Assembly: GCA_024636295.1 (NCBI GenBank) | Contig: JAGXHI010000028.1 | Location: forward strand, 21,565-85,564 | Direction of reading: 5' to 3' | Length of the DNA stretch: 64,000 nt | DNA from: Desulfuromonadales bacterium | GTDB taxonomy: Bacteria; Desulfobacterota; Desulfuromonadia; Desulfuromonadales; JAGXHI01 | Part shown: in pieces, positions 17,793 to 29,271 of the stretch | How the letters are laid out: each line of letters opens with the position of its first letter | Numbering within the stretch: position 1 is the first letter of the stretch | Notes under the pieces: model-generated | Told to the model about the DNA's origin: nothing | Seen by the model: the letters and a program-made list of their open reading frames with translations, nothing else | Databases searched by the model: none | Made by a program: the position numbers and the translations under genes

Positions 17793-19796
17793 TCAATTCC
17801 GCACGTTTTCCTGCTTCAGGCTTTCCAGTTGACGAATTACCTCACGGCTGCGCTGCTGCCGCATTTCCAGTTCCTTGAATATGCGGGTAATCATCTCCCG
17901 GACCGAATTCGAAGCTTCCTCGATCTCTCTGGTATTCCGCTGCTGGCGTTCGGTGGCGGAAACCATATCGTCAGCCATGTGCTTGACTTCTTCAATCGAC
18001 TGAGCGATGCTCCGGGTTCCCTGGGACTGTTCGCGGGAGGCGTGAGTGATCTGACCGGACATCTCTCCCAATGTTTCGATGGAGCGGCTCACGGATTCCA
18101 CACTGCCCACCATTTCCTGGGTTGCATTGCGGATTTTTGATGCCATCTCTACCGCGGTGATCGCACTCTCCAGGATCTGCCGCAGAAAGACTTCCATTTC
18201 CTGTCCAAGGGTGACCCCTTCTTCCACGAGATTCCGACTTTTTCCTACGAAATCCACAGCTTCACGGGTGTATCCCTTAATTTCGGAGATAATGCCCGAA
18301 ATGGCCACGGTGGAATTGGCAGCCTCCTGGGAGAGACTGCGTATCTCCTCCGCCACCACGGCGAATGTCCTGCCGTGTTCACCCGCCTGGGCAGCGATTA
18401 TTGCCGCATTCAGCGCCAGAAGATTCGTCTTCTGGGTTACTTCCGTGATAACCTCATTTATGCCGTCGATCTCTTCTCCTTTTCTGGATAGCCGGTCGAT
18501 CGCGGCAACAGCGTCTTCAACAGCTCCGGATATCCCCCGCAACCCTTTTTCGGTCTTGGAAACTCCTTCTGCCCCCTTTTCGGCCTGTTGCATGACTTTT
18601 TCCGACATCTGCTGAGACTGTACCCCGCTCTCCTCCACCGCCTTGATGGTTGCGGAAATTTGAGTCATGGAGGAGATTGAACTTTCCATGAACCTGTTCA
18701 GGCGATCCATGTTCTGGGAAACCTGTTCGATGGAAACGGAAATTTCTCCAGCAGCGGAGCGGGACGATTCCACCGCCTCCCTGACCACATCCGCGGCCTC
18801 GGCAATTTCCCGAATCGCCTCTCCAGTGGCAGAGGTCGCCAGGTGAAGAGCCCCATCCAGCCTGGAATGCTCCTCCCGGTACTTGAGCAGTTCCTCAAAG
18901 GTCAGTTCCAGTTCACCCGTCAGAGATTCCACAGCTTCAATAAGATCGATTTTGGTGAGTGCGGAAGCTACCTGATCGGCAAAAAGCTTGACATTATCGA
19001 CATCAGTGTCATCGAGTTTTTTTCTGTGGACCTTGTTATCGACTCCCAACAGGCCGACCACCTCTCCCTGAATAACGATCGGGCAAAGGATAAAGGTCCG
19101 TGAGCGCAATTGTCGGATGGCGTCACAGGGTGGTTTGAGGTGGTATTCGGCGGGCATTCGGGTGATGTCCTCGACAAGGAATACCCGATTTTCATTGACG
19201 GCCTTGAAGAGCGCTCCGGAACGATCGTCCATGGGCATTTTCAGATCATCCACCTGATCATCCCCGGAGCCTCGGCTGGCGACAAATTCAAGGAGATCTT
19301 TTTTGCGATTGAGCATCAGAACATTCACACGATCATAACCGATGATCTCATGAAGGCTTTCGGCGGCCAATCGCAGGACCTCTCGGGAATCCACCGATTT
19401 TTGAATGTGGGTGTTGAGTGCGTGAAAATCCTTGATGTTCTGCTTCAGTTCCTCAAAGCTGCGCTCGAAATTCTCCTTCTCCAGTGCGATTGTCCTGTTA
19501 AGGCTATCCAGATTGCCAGCCCGCAGGTGAAGTTCGTGGGAGGCCCTGCCTATGACGAATCCGAAGAGACCAAGAACGGCCGCAGTCCCACCACCCATGT
19601 AGATATAGAGCGACAGAGTTTCTCCGGATTCCAGAATCCTCGATGTGACCTGAGGCCAGATGCCCTGATCCCAGTCCACGAAAAAAAAGATGCTAACCGC
19701 AATCCATCCCAGAGGGGCCAGAACACCGAGCAAAACGCCGAAAAAGGCATACAGAGAACTTCGGGTCATCCACTTAAGGGCTGCTCTCTCCGTCAT
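17793..19796 (-). CDS. methyl-accepting chemotaxis protein with GAF-like sensor region
   Basis: 667 aa. Two N-terminal TM segments. A GAF-like block (VFLVEDI...ILCPIVIQGEVVGLLGVDN). MA signalling domain (LLALNAAIIAAQAGEHGRTFAVVAEEIRSLS). Confidence 0.85.
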   Translation of the reverse strand: MTERAALKWMTRSSLYAFFGVLLGVLAPLGWIAVSIFFFVDWDQGIWPQVTSRILESGETLSLYIYMGGGTAAVLGLFGFVIGRASHELHLRAGNLDSLNRTIALEKENFERSFEELKQNIKDFHALNTHIQKSVDSREVLRLAAESLHEIIGYDRVNVLMLNRKKDLLEFVASRGSGDDQVDDLKMPMDDRSGALFKAVNENRVFLVEDITRMPAEYHLKPPCDAIRQLRSRTFILCPIVIQGEVVGLLGVDNKVHRKKLDDTDVDNVKLFADQVASALTKIDLIEAVESLTGELELTFEELLKYREEHSRLDGALHLATSATGEAIREIAEAADVVREAVESSRSAAGEISVSIEQVSQNMDRLNRFMESSISSMTQISATIKAVEESGVQSQQMSEKVMQQAEKGAEGVSKTEKGLRGISGAVEDAVAAIDRLSRKGEEIDGINEVITEVTQKTNLLALNAAIIAAQAGEHGRTFAVVAEEIRSLSQEAANSTVAISGIISEIKGYTREAVDFVGKSRNLVEEGVTLGQEMEVFLRQILESAITAVEMASKIRNATQEMVGSVESVSRSIETLGEMSGQITHASREQSQGTRSIAQSIEEVKHMADDMVSATERQQRNTREIEEASNSVREMITRIFKELEMRQQRSREVIRQLESLKQENVRN

Positions 19797-19901
19797 GTCG
19801 GTCTCCTTTTGGGGTCCTGATTCTAAAAGTAAATTGGGTGAATGCCCTGCTTCGGATCAGAAGCTCCAGGTGTCCGGCACGAAACCGATATCAAAACCGC
19901 A

Positions 19902-20864
19902 TTAAAGGATTTCCAGCCGATCCCAGGCCAACCGAACCGCCCCCAGAATCCCTGCATTGTCCCCCAGCACCCCCCGCACGATTTTCAGACGCCTGACGGG
20001 AACTTCAAAGGCCCGATATTCCAATTCCTTCTCCAGGGAGGGGCGTATCAGGTCCAGAGCTTCACTCGCGCCTCCTCCAAAGACAATGCCGTCCGGATTC
20101 AACAGATTGACAATCCCGCCTAAAGCCTGCCCCAGTCGCCTGCCAGCCTCCTGAAACGCTTCCCGGCATACGGGGTCCTCCCGACGGGCAAACAGGGCTA
20201 TTTTTTGGCTTGTCATATCTTCATCCGCCATTTCCCGGGCAAGGGAGGGTTCTCCCCTTTCGAATGCCTCCCGAACGGAGCGGACGATTCCCGTGGCGGA
20301 TGCGTACTGTTCAAGGCATCCCCGACTGCCGCAGCCGCAGGTCCGGCCTTCCGGCTCCACCATGATATGTCCCACCTCCCCCGCGGCGCCGTCGGCGCCG
20401 AACCAGAGATTGCGGCCCAGCACCAGCCCACCGCCGACACCTGTTCCGAGAGTAACCATCAAAAAGGAAGAGAATTCCCGCCCGGCGCCGAAAAGAGCTT
20501 CCCCCCAGGCGATGGCATTGGCATCATTCAGAAGCGTTACGGGAAGATGAAGACGCTTTCGAAGCTCGTCCGCCAGGGGAAACCCGTCCAGAATGGCCAG
20601 ATTCGGGGAACTGGTTACGGTACCGTCCGGAGCGATGACTCCGGGCGCGCCCATGCCGATGGCGGAGATCCGGACGCCCTTTTTTTCTCCCTTTTCCTGA
20701 ACCTCAAGGCACAGTCCGATCAGACGATCCAGAAAATGCTCAAGCCCCAGGTGAATTTCCGTTGAGATGCGTTGTGATCCGCTGATTTCCCCTTCAACTG
20801 TGGCCAGGGCGGCCCTGCAGTTGGTTCCCCCGAGATCGATTCCGATCACTGCTTCTCCGGTCAT
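19902..20864 (-). CDS. glk: ROK-family glucokinase
   Basis: 320 aa. IGIDLGGTNCR ATP-binding motif and the CGCGSRGCLE zinc motif. Confidence 0.85.
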   Translation of the reverse strand: MTGEAVIGIDLGGTNCRAALATVEGEISGSQRISTEIHLGLEHFLDRLIGLCLEVQEKGEKKGVRISAIGMGAPGVIAPDGTVTSSPNLAILDGFPLADELRKRLHLPVTLLNDANAIAWGEALFGAGREFSSFLMVTLGTGVGGGLVLGRNLWFGADGAAGEVGHIMVEPEGRTCGCGSRGCLEQYASATGIVRSVREAFERGEPSLAREMADEDMTSQKIALFARREDPVCREAFQEAGRRLGQALGGIVNLLNPDGIVFGGGASEALDLIRPSLEKELEYRAFEVPVRRLKIVRGVLGDNAGILGAVRLAWDRLEIL

Positions 20865-21277
20865 GGCTTCCTCCTGGATTCGGTGGCGATCGCCAGAGTT
20901 CCAAATCCTGCCTCCCGGGCCAGGTCCATGATCTTTACCACCTGTCCGTGGCGGGCATCCTGGTCCGCAAGCAGAACGAAGGAGATGTCCCCCCCGGCCT
21001 CTCTTCTTAACTCCTTAAGCCGCGGCGCCAGATCAGGGAGGGATGTCTTCACGTCGCCCAGGTAGATTTCTCCCCGGCTGGTGAGATGAACCTTGACCTC
21101 TTTTTCCTCGGCTATCGATTTTCGTGAGGAGGACTCGGGCAGCTTAACGCTGATACCAGGGGTTTCCACAAAGGTCGTGGATATCATGAAGAAGATGAGG
21201 AGGAGAAAAACCACATCCACCATGGGGGTCAGTTCAACCCGGGGTTCCTCGTTTTTTCTTCTGAAAAAGGCCACCAT
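20861..21277 (-). CDS. exbD: ExbD/TolR family biopolymer transport protein
   Basis: 138 aa. LTPMVDVVFLLLIFFM TM segment typical of ExbD/TolR. Confidence 0.85.
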   Translation of the reverse strand: MVAFFRRKNEEPRVELTPMVDVVFLLLIFFMISTTFVETPGISVKLPESSSRKSIAEEKEVKVHLTSRGEIYLGDVKTSLPDLAPRLKELRREAGGDISFVLLADQDARHGQVVKIMDLAREAGFGTLAIATESRRKP

Positions 21278-21876
21278 TATCTCCCGAGAAGATCCACAAC
21301 GCGAAGGGAGGCTTCCTCTAATTCCAGGGCGATGCGGTCAAGACGCCCACTGAGGTACTTGTGAAGAAGGATGGTGGGAATGGCCACCGTCAAACCGGAT
21401 GCGGTAGTAATCAGCGCCTTGGAAATGCCGCCTCCGAGGGTGGCTGGCGTTCCGACCCCTTGAGAAGCAATGACGTTGAAAGCCTCCATCATTCCGAGGA
21501 CTGTCCCCAGAAGACCCAGCAGGGGCGTAATGGTCGCAATCGTTCCAAGAAGACCGAGATAACGTGACAGGGGCGCCACTTCGCGTGAACCGACTTCCTC
21601 GACGATGGTCTTGATCTGATCCCGGGGCCTGCCCTGCGCACCCAGAGCCGCGATGAAAATTCGGGACAAGGCATTCCCCGTCCGTCGGCAGACGATCAGC
21701 GCTTCTTCGTTTTTGCCTTTATGCACCAGGTCGCCAACTTCCCGAATAAGGCCCGTGTTGCCACGACGGATTCTGGTAAATGTCCATATTCTTTCGAGAA
21801 AAATGGCCAAAGCCAGAACCGAGCAGGCAAGAATGATATACATGATCGGCCCACCCGCTTTAAAAATTTCCAGCAT
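21277..21876 (-). CDS. exbB: MotA/TolQ/ExbB proton channel protein
   Basis: 199 aa. Three TM segments and the LGLLGTVLGM motif. Overlaps exbD by 1 bp. Confidence 0.85.
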   Translation of the reverse strand: MLEIFKAGGPIMYIILACSVLALAIFLERIWTFTRIRRGNTGLIREVGDLVHKGKNEEALIVCRRTGNALSRIFIAALGAQGRPRDQIKTIVEEVGSREVAPLSRYLGLLGTIATITPLLGLLGTVLGMMEAFNVIASQGVGTPATLGGGISKALITTASGLTVAIPTILLHKYLSGRLDRIALELEEASLRVVDLLGR

Positions 21877-21936
21877 GTACCCAAGTCCTTTCTTTCGGGT
21901 AATTCAAAAAGCATTTCGAGTGGGATTTGAAATCCT

Positions 21937-22434
21937 TCAAAATTTTATCTCGGAAAACGCCCTGAGCAGTTGATCGTATGTCTCTTCCAGGTGCTGCGGT
22001 ATTATTCGAATATCGTTGAAGACCGGCATGAAATTGGTGTCCCCGCACCATCGAGGAACGATATGAAGATGGATATGATCGGCGATGCCGGCGCCGGCCG
22101 CCTCGCCAAGATTCATTCCGATATTGAAACCCTGTGGGGACAGGTGATCTCCAAGTATTTTCCGGCAAAGAACCAGGAGGCGGTGGATTTCAAGACCTTC
22201 CTCATGCGTAAGATCTCCGATTTCCGAGAGGTGCCGGTAAGGGGTGACCATCAGATGGCCATTGGTATAGGGATACTTGTTCATAATGACAAAGGCATGC
22301 TCGCCTCTTCTGAGAATCCCTCGGCTCCTGTCCTCTTCCGTTGAATTACCGACGCAGAATATGCATCCGCTTTCGGGTGCATGCGATTCGCCACGGAGAT
22401 AGCTCATTCGCCAGGGCGCCCAGAGCTGTTTCAT
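21937..22434 (-). CDS. HIT (histidine triad) family nucleotide hydrolase/transferase
   Basis: 165 aa. ADHIHLHIVPR histidine-triad motif. Confidence 0.85.
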   Translation of the reverse strand: MKQLWAPWRMSYLRGESHAPESGCIFCVGNSTEEDRSRGILRRGEHAFVIMNKYPYTNGHLMVTPYRHLSEIGDLTHEEGLEIHRLLVLCRKILGDHLSPQGFNIGMNLGEAAGAGIADHIHLHIVPRWCGDTNFMPVFNDIRIIPQHLEETYDQLLRAFSEIKF

Positions 22435-23067
22435 CGTTCAATTCCTCCTTTGTCTCGACTGGAGACACACGCGGGGTGGAATTTCTCGGACCGTCATGAG
22501 TCGGTCGACCGGTCAAAAGCAAATACGAAAGGAAGTTCATGCGGCGGCAGTCCAGGGACGGGCCGCCGACAAATCCCCCATTTCGAGAAAAATGTCCCCG
22601 TTCCCGGTTCTTCCGCCGGATTCGGAAATGGAGAATTTTGCTTTAGAATTCCTAGCTTTTTACCTCCCCGACAGGGGTTGTGTCAACCTAAATAGATTAA
22701 ATGATATCCATAAAGACATTCGAATGCGGGGGAAAAGGAGTGAAATTTCTCCTGAGGTGATACCGAAATGTATCGACTGGATGCTACACCCTACCGAAAG
22801 AATTTAACTTACCTAATTCTTACTCTTGATCTTACGAAAATACGATGTATTTTTAATAATGTGAAGATTTCCAACTCCTCCCCTTCTGGAAAGATGGGGA
22901 TTTTCCTTGACACTTTTGTCCCCTTGCCATTATCTTTCAGTTTAATTTAACTAAAAAGGATCATGGTAAAAAAATTTTGCCGAATATCCGGTTATTTTTA
23001 GCTTTATGAGAATTGCCCCGGATATTTTTTTAGGGAAATTAAAGCCAATAGACGGAGGAATTTAATC

Positions 23068-25353
23068 ATGTCCAAACGGCAGGACGCTTTAGAATACCAT
23101 AGTTCCGGACGCAAAGGCAAAATCGAAGTCATTACGACCAAACCCTGCGCTACAAGTCGGGATCTGTCCCTCGCCTACAGTCCCGGAGTGGCCATACCCT
23201 GTCTGGAAATCGAAAAAAATCCCGATGACGCATACGAATATACGGCCAAGGGCAATCTGGTAGCGGTCGTTTCCAACGGAACGGCGGTACTTGGCCTGGG
23301 AGATATCGGAGCGTTGGCGGGAAAACCGGTCATGGAGGGAAAGGGAGTTCTGTTCAAGCGTTTTGCCGATGTGGACGTTTTTGATCTCGAACTCGATACC
23401 AAGGATCCGGATGAGATCGTCCGTACGGTAAAGATCCTGGAGCCCACGTTCGGGGGTATCAACCTGGAGGACATCAAGGGCCCGGAGTGCTTCTATATCG
23501 AAGAAAAACTACAGGAAATTCTCAATATTCCCGTCTTCCACGACGATCAGCACGGCACCGCGATTATTGCCTGCGCCGGCCTGATCAACGCCCTTGAACT
23601 GGTAAATAAAAAAATGGAGGACGTCAAAATCGTCGTCAACGGCGCCGGCGCCGCAGGGATTGCCTGTGCCAAGCTGGTTCTGGTTCTTGGCGCCAGACAG
23701 GAAAACGTCATCCTCTGTGACAGCAAGGGGGTCATTTTCAAGGGCCGGACTTCCGGCATGAACGCCTACAAGGAGCGTTTCGCGATTGAAACGGATGAAC
23801 GCACCCTGGAGGAAGTCATGAAGGGCTGTGACGTTTTCATCGGCGTCTCCGTCAAGGGCGCCGTTACGGCCGAAATGGTCCGGTCAATGGAGCGTGACCC
23901 CATCATTTTCGCCATGGCCAATCCGGACCCGGAAATCACTCCCGATGAAGCCAAAGAGGTGCGGGACGATGTGATCATCGGCACAGGCCGAAGCGACTAC
24001 AACAACCAGGTCAACAATGTCCTCTGCTTCCCCTTCCTTTTCCGTGGCACCCTGGATACCCATGCCTCGGCCATTAATGACGAAATGAAGATGGCGGCTG
24101 TCCTGGCTCTCGCTAAACTGGCCAAGGAGGACGTGCCCGATTCTGTCAGAAAGGCCTATGGGAACGAGGTTATCAGCTTCGGCAGGGAGTACCTGATTCC
24201 CAAACCTTTTGACCCTCGAGTCCTTCTCCATGTCGCTCCCGCCGTTGCCAAAGCGGCTATGGACTCAGGTGTAGCCCGGCGGAAGATCGAGAACCTCGAA
24301 AAATATGTCGAATCGCTCGAGGCCCTTCAGGGACGTTCCAAGGAAATAATGCGCGTCCTGATCAACAAGGCCAAAGCCGGCCCCCGGCGGATCGTTTTCC
24401 CGGAAGGTGATGAGGACAAGATCCTGCGCGCCGCACAGCTCCTCGTGGACGAAGGGATCGCCATTCCGATCCTTCTTGGGAACAGAGATGAAATCACTGC
24501 GAAAATAAGCGAACTGCATCTGGACCTTTCGAAGGTCGAGATCATTGATCCGATGGATAGCCCCAAATCGGAAAGCTACACGGAAGAGTTTTTCAAGATC
24601 CGTCAGCGCAAGGGCATCACCATGGCCGACGCCAAGCGTCTGATCCTGAAAAACCGCAATTATTACGGTGCCATGATGGTAGAGCGCGGAGACGCCGACA
24701 CCCTGCTTTCGGGAATTTCCCACAATTATCCCGACACCATCCGTCCCGCACTTGAAATCATCGGCAAGCAGGACGGCCTTTCAAAAGTGCACGGCGTCTA
24801 CATGCTGGTGTTCAAAAAAACGGTTGTTTTCTGTGCGGATGCGACGGTCACCATTGAGCCGACGGCGGAAGAGCTTGCGGAAACTGCGATTCTCACGGCC
24901 CAGAAAGCAATCAATTTCGACGTGAAACCGCATGTTGCGATGCTCTCCTTCTCGAATTTCGGCAGCACCGAGCATCCTCTGTCCCTGAAAGTTAAGCAGG
25001 CGACGGCCCTGGTCAAGGAATGGGCTCCGGAACTTACAGTGGACGGTGAAATTCAGGCCAATGTGGCCCTCGACCCAGAACTTATGGCGGACCAGTATCC
25101 TTTTTCCTCCCTGAAAGGGGAAGCCAATGTTCTTATTTTTCCGGATCTCCAGTCCGGCAATATCTGCTATAAGCTGCTCAATAAACTGGGAGGCGCCGAA
25201 ACGGTGGGCCCGATCCTCATGGGGATGAAAAAACCAATCCATGTCCTGCAGCGCGGAGATGACGTCGCGGATATAGTTAATATGGCTGCGGTAGCGGTCG
25301 TGGATGTCCAGTCCGCTGAAAATCTGAAAAACCCCCTGGAAATTCCCACCTGA
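23068..25353 (+). CDS. maeB: NADP-dependent malic enzyme (malic enzyme + PTA-like domain)
   Basis: 761 aa. N-terminal malic enzyme motifs ([24 protein letters not shown]). The C-terminal ~330 aa is phosphate-acetyltransferase-like. Confidence 0.9.
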   Translation: MSKRQDALEYHSSGRKGKIEVITTKPCATSRDLSLAYSPGVAIPCLEIEKNPDDAYEYTAKGNLVAVVSNGTAVLGLGDIGALAGKPVMEGKGVLFKRFADVDVFDLELDTKDPDEIVRTVKILEPTFGGINLEDIKGPECFYIEEKLQEILNIPVFHDDQHGTAIIACAGLINALELVNKKMEDVKIVVNGAGAAGIACAKLVLVLGARQENVILCDSKGVIFKGRTSGMNAYKERFAIETDERTLEEVMKGCDVFIGVSVKGAVTAEMVRSMERDPIIFAMANPDPEITPDEAKEVRDDVIIGTGRSDYNNQVNNVLCFPFLFRGTLDTHASAINDEMKMAAVLALAKLAKEDVPDSVRKAYGNEVISFGREYLIPKPFDPRVLLHVAPAVAKAAMDSGVARRKIENLEKYVESLEALQGRSKEIMRVLINKAKAGPRRIVFPEGDEDKILRAAQLLVDEGIAIPILLGNRDEITAKISELHLDLSKVEIIDPMDSPKSESYTEEFFKIRQRKGITMADAKRLILKNRNYYGAMMVERGDADTLLSGISHNYPDTIRPALEIIGKQDGLSKVHGVYMLVFKKTVVFCADATVTIEPTAEELAETAILTAQKAINFDVKPHVAMLSFSNFGSTEHPLSLKVKQATALVKEWAPELTVDGEIQANVALDPELMADQYPFSSLKGEANVLIFPDLQSGNICYKLLNKLGGAETVGPILMGMKKPIHVLQRGDDVADIVNMAAVAVVDVQSAENLKNPLEIPT

Positions 25354-25371
25354 GTCTGATCCTGTGCCATG

Positions 25372-25398
25372 CGAAAGGGAGCGCCTTGCGCTCCCTTT
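25372..25398 (+). terminator. Rho-independent terminator of maeB
   Basis: 12-bp perfect stem gaaagggagcgc/gcgctccctttc with a 3-nt loop, followed by ttttt. Confidence 0.8.
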
Positions 25399-25486
25399 CT
25401 TTTTCACACTTTGCTATCCGAAAAGTTCCTGTTACCATACAGCGTTTACCGACTATATTTCAGGAGAGGCCCAAGGAGCAGTATTG

Positions 25487-26875
25487 ATGAATTACCTGAG
25501 TACGCGCGGCGGAGTACGCGAAATCTCCTTCCAGGACGCAGTCATGATGGGACTGGCGGATGACGGAGGCCTGCTGCTGCCCTCGTCCATTCCGTCATTG
25601 AATGCCGGAGATCTCGAATCCTTCGAAAAGCTTGCCTATCCTGAACTGGCTTTCCAGATCTTCTCACGGTTCACGGGTCAGTTCCCCGCCGCGGACCTCA
25701 AGGATCTTATTGACAGATCCTATGCAAACTTCTCCCATCCCGAGGTGACCCCGGTGTCCCATCAGGACGGGGTCTACCTGCTTGAACTTTTTCATGGCCC
25801 CACCCTGGCTTTCAAGGATGTGGCCCTCCAATTCCTGGGAAACCTGTTCGAGCATCTTCTTCGGAAGAAGGGTCGTGAAATGAACATCATCGGCGCCACC
25901 TCCGGCGATACGGGAAGCGCCGCCATTTACGGTGTACAGGGCAAGGAGAAGATCCGTATCTTCATTCTTCACCCGTATGGGAAGATATCTCCCATACAGA
26001 AACTCCAGATGACGACCGTCACAGAACCAAATGTGTTCAACATCGCTATCCGGGGAAATTTCGACGACGGCCAGAGAATCGTTAAGGAGATTTTCGGTGA
26101 TCTGGATTTCAAGGCCCGCTATTCCCTCGGGGCGGTAAACAGTATCAACTGGGCGCGAGTCATGGCGCAGATTGTTTACTATTTCTATGCCTGGGGAAGA
26201 GTTCGCAGGGAAACCGGATGCGATTCCATTTACTTTTCCGTCCCTACGGGGAATTTCGGTGACATTTTCGCGGGATATATGGCCAAGCGAATGGGTCTGC
26301 CGGTGCGGCGCCTGATCATTGGGACCAACGAAAACAATATCCTCTCCCGGTTCGTCAATGATGGGGAATATGCCATCGGGTCAGTGGTCCCCACCCTTTC
26401 GCCCTCCATGGACATTCAGGTAGCCAGCAATTTTGAGCGCTATCTCTACTACCTCTATCAGGAGGACCCAAACAGTGTAGGCCGTGCATTGGAGGAGTTC
26501 GGACGGACAGGGAAAATCCGGTTTGATGAGGAAGAACGAAAAACCATTCGGCAGGATTTCCTGGCCCAGTCGGTGGACCGGCAAATGACCCTGGAAACGA
26601 TCCGGGATTTTTATAGTTCCACCGGCACCATTCTCGATCCTCACACAGCGGTAGGCGTTCGCGCAGGAAAAGATCTATCCGGAGGAGAGGTCCCGGTGGT
26701 CTGTCTGGCTACCGCGCATCCCGCCAAATTCGGGGACGCCGTTCGCGAGGCAATCGGCAAGGACCCGGATCGTCCTGCCTCCCTGGAAGGCATTGAAAAC
26801 CGGGAGCGACGCTGTGAAGTGCTCGACGCCAGCGTTTCGGCCATCCGGGAATTCATTGCCCGCAAGGCCTCCTGA
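25487..26875 (+). CDS. thrC: threonine synthase
   Basis: Start moved to MNYLSTRGG (AGGAG upstream). PLP-lysine motif FHGPTLAFKDVALQ. Confidence 0.9.
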   Translation: MNYLSTRGGVREISFQDAVMMGLADDGGLLLPSSIPSLNAGDLESFEKLAYPELAFQIFSRFTGQFPAADLKDLIDRSYANFSHPEVTPVSHQDGVYLLELFHGPTLAFKDVALQFLGNLFEHLLRKKGREMNIIGATSGDTGSAAIYGVQGKEKIRIFILHPYGKISPIQKLQMTTVTEPNVFNIAIRGNFDDGQRIVKEIFGDLDFKARYSLGAVNSINWARVMAQIVYYFYAWGRVRRETGCDSIYFSVPTGNFGDIFAGYMAKRMGLPVRRLIIGTNENNILSRFVNDGEYAIGSVVPTLSPSMDIQVASNFERYLYYLYQEDPNSVGRALEEFGRTGKIRFDEEERKTIRQDFLAQSVDRQMTLETIRDFYSSTGTILDPHTAVGVRAGKDLSGGEVPVVCLATAHPAKFGDAVREAIGKDPDRPASLEGIENRERRCEVLDASVSAIREFIARKAS

Positions 26876-26935
26876 TTCGAAGGATTTGACGCCTCCCCCC
26901 TCCGGGAAAGAAAAGTCTGAAAGAAAAGAGCCAAC

Positions 26936-26970
26936 GGAAAAGGCCCCCGCCAGTGACGGGGGCCTTTTCC
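26936..26970. terminator. bidirectional terminator between thrC and glnA
   Basis: 14-bp perfect stem ggaaaaggcccccg/cgggggccttttcc with loop ccagtga. A/T runs lie within both stem ends. Sits between convergent genes. Confidence 0.8.
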
Positions 26971-26986
26971 GTGCAGGACAGGAAGA

Positions 26987-28396
26987 TCAGCAGTCGTAAT
27001 AGAGCGCGAATTCCATCGGGGTCGGCCGCATACGCACAGGATTGACTTCGCTCTCCGTTTTGTATTCGATCCATTTCTCAATGAGATCCAGGGTGAAGAC
27101 ATCGCCCTTCAGAAGAAATTCATGATCTTCGGCAAGACTGCGGAGGGCGTCCTCCAGGGATCCGGCCACGGAAGGGATGTCCTTGAGTTCCTCGGGGGAG
27201 AGTCCATAGATATCCTTATCGAGAGGATCGCCCGGATCGATCTTGTTTTCAATCCCGTCGAGGCCCGCCATCAGCATGGCGGCAAAGGCCAGGTACCCGT
27301 TGCAGGAAGGATCAGGCGTACGATATTCAACCCGCTTGGATTTGGGATTGGTGGTCACGGGAATCCGAAGGGAGGCGGAGCGGTTTCTGTTGGAGTAGGC
27401 CAGATTCACCGGCGCCTCGAATCCGGGCACAAGCCTTTTGTAGGAATTTGTACTGGGATTGGTGAAAGCGCAGAGGGCCTTTGCGTGTTTGATGATTCCA
27501 CCGATGTAATACATGGCTTCGCGGGAGAGTCCCCCATAACCGTCTCCGGCGAAGAGATTCTGCCCGTTTTTCCACAGGGACTGGTGGCAGTGCATGCCGG
27601 AGCCGTTATCCCCGTAAATAGGCTTGGGCATAAAGGTAACCGTTTTTCCATTCCTTACCGCTACATTCTTGATAATATACTTGAACCACTGAAGAGTGTC
27701 GCCCATATGCATCAGCGAATCGAAGCGCATATCGATCTCGGCCTGGCCGGCGGTAGCCACCTCATGATGGGAGGCCTCCACGCGAATGCCGGCTCCCTGC
27801 AGGACCTTCACCATTTCGTTGCGGATATCGATCATGGAATCGGTCGGCGCACACGGGAAATACCCTTCCTTGTGCCGGGGTTTGTAACCGAGATTGGGAA
27901 ATTCCTCCCGACCGGCGTTCCAGATCCCTTCCACGGAATCGATGGCATAGAATGATTCATTCGAACTGGAGCCGTACCGGACATCATCCAGAATGAAGAA
28001 TTCAGGCTCGGGGCCGAAAAACGCTGTATCCGCAATTCCCGTAGACTTCAAATAAGCTTCGGCCTTCTGGGCGACGAAACGCGGATCACGAGTATATCCC
28101 TCTTTGGTAATCGGATCGATGATATTGCAGATGAGGCTGAGAGTAGACGCCTGGACAAAAGGATCGATTTTGGCCGTTTCCGGATCGGGCATGAGCAGCA
28201 TGTCACTGTTGTGAATGGGTTGCCATCCCCGAATGGAAGATCCGTCAAAACCCACACCCTCTTCAAAGGTCTCTTCTTCGAATTCACTTATGGGAACAGT
28301 GAAATGTTGCCAGATGCCGATGAAATCAAGAAATTTGAAATCCACCATCTGGACATCGTTTTCCTTTGCAAAAGCCAATACTTCTTTGGGTGTCAT
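26987..28396 (-). CDS. glnA: glutamine synthetase type I
   Basis: 469 aa. FDGSSIRGW and [18 protein letters not shown] motifs. Confidence 0.95.
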   Translation of the reverse strand: MTPKEVLAFAKENDVQMVDFKFLDFIGIWQHFTVPISEFEEETFEEGVGFDGSSIRGWQPIHNSDMLLMPDPETAKIDPFVQASTLSLICNIIDPITKEGYTRDPRFVAQKAEAYLKSTGIADTAFFGPEPEFFILDDVRYGSSSNESFYAIDSVEGIWNAGREEFPNLGYKPRHKEGYFPCAPTDSMIDIRNEMVKVLQGAGIRVEASHHEVATAGQAEIDMRFDSLMHMGDTLQWFKYIIKNVAVRNGKTVTFMPKPIYGDNGSGMHCHQSLWKNGQNLFAGDGYGGLSREAMYYIGGIIKHAKALCAFTNPSTNSYKRLVPGFEAPVNLAYSNRNRSASLRIPVTTNPKSKRVEYRTPDPSCNGYLAFAAMLMAGLDGIENKIDPGDPLDKDIYGLSPEELKDIPSVAGSLEDALRSLAEDHEFLLKGDVFTLDLIEKWIEYKTESEVNPVRMRPTPMEFALYYDC

Positions 28397-28471
28397 GCTT
28401 TATCTCCTTTAAAGATCAGTGTTCGAGTTCACCTGAGACAGGTGGTCAGTCATCTATTGTCGCAGCGGGGT

Positions 28472-28810
<339 letters not shown>

Positions 28811-28931
28811 CTAAGTTCCTCCAGGTGAAAATGGCCCGACCAAGGGCGGTCATCGGAGCATCCGGTCCGCCGGGAGAGAGGCGATTTATCTCTCACTCTT
28901 ACGCCGCCAGGTCTCCATGTCGAATTACTTG

Positions 28932-28948
28932 AGCAAATAGCCTGCCTA
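28932..28948 (-). promoter_or_regulatory. sigma-54 (-24/-12) promoter candidate for glnB-glnA
   Basis: The minus strand reads TAGGCAGGCTATTTGCT. GG and GC have the correct 12-nt register against TGGCACG-N4-TTGCW. It lies about 120 nt upstream of the glnB ATG. Confidence 0.6.
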
Positions 28949-29064
28949 AATTGCTATCGAATTTCAATATTTAAAGAACTACATGATTTTCCAGGAATTT
29001 TTATCTCCAGAAACTTCATTGGTCCGAACGGAAGGGAATGGGATCGGATTGGAAGAGTTGTTTT

Positions 29065-29095
29065 TTTGTGCAGTCATTCCACCCTGGTGCACAAA
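29065..29095. promoter_or_regulatory. palindromic candidate enhancer (NtrC-type) site
   Basis: TTTGTGCA-N15-TGCACAAA, a perfect 8-bp inverted repeat containing TGCACC/GGTGCA-like half sites. It lies about 130 bp upstream of the sigma-54 candidate. Confidence 0.35.
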
Positions 29096-29271
29096 TAATA
29101 TGCAAACAAAATTATCTGCCTCTTGTAAATACGCGCGGAAGGCTTAAGGGAAAGTAAAAATACAACCCGGTATCTTTAACAGAATCATCCTGATCGGAAA
29201 ACCCTTGATGATTGTCATACTGAGATGCTATAGGAAAACTTCCACATTCACGGAAATGGAAGGAGAAATTA

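Noticed and set aside
28397-28471. glnB-glnA intergenic hairpin (CACCUG-UCU-CAGGUG), checked as a possible glutamine riboswitch
   Set aside because: It is too short and lacks the glnA-motif conserved nucleotides as I remember them.
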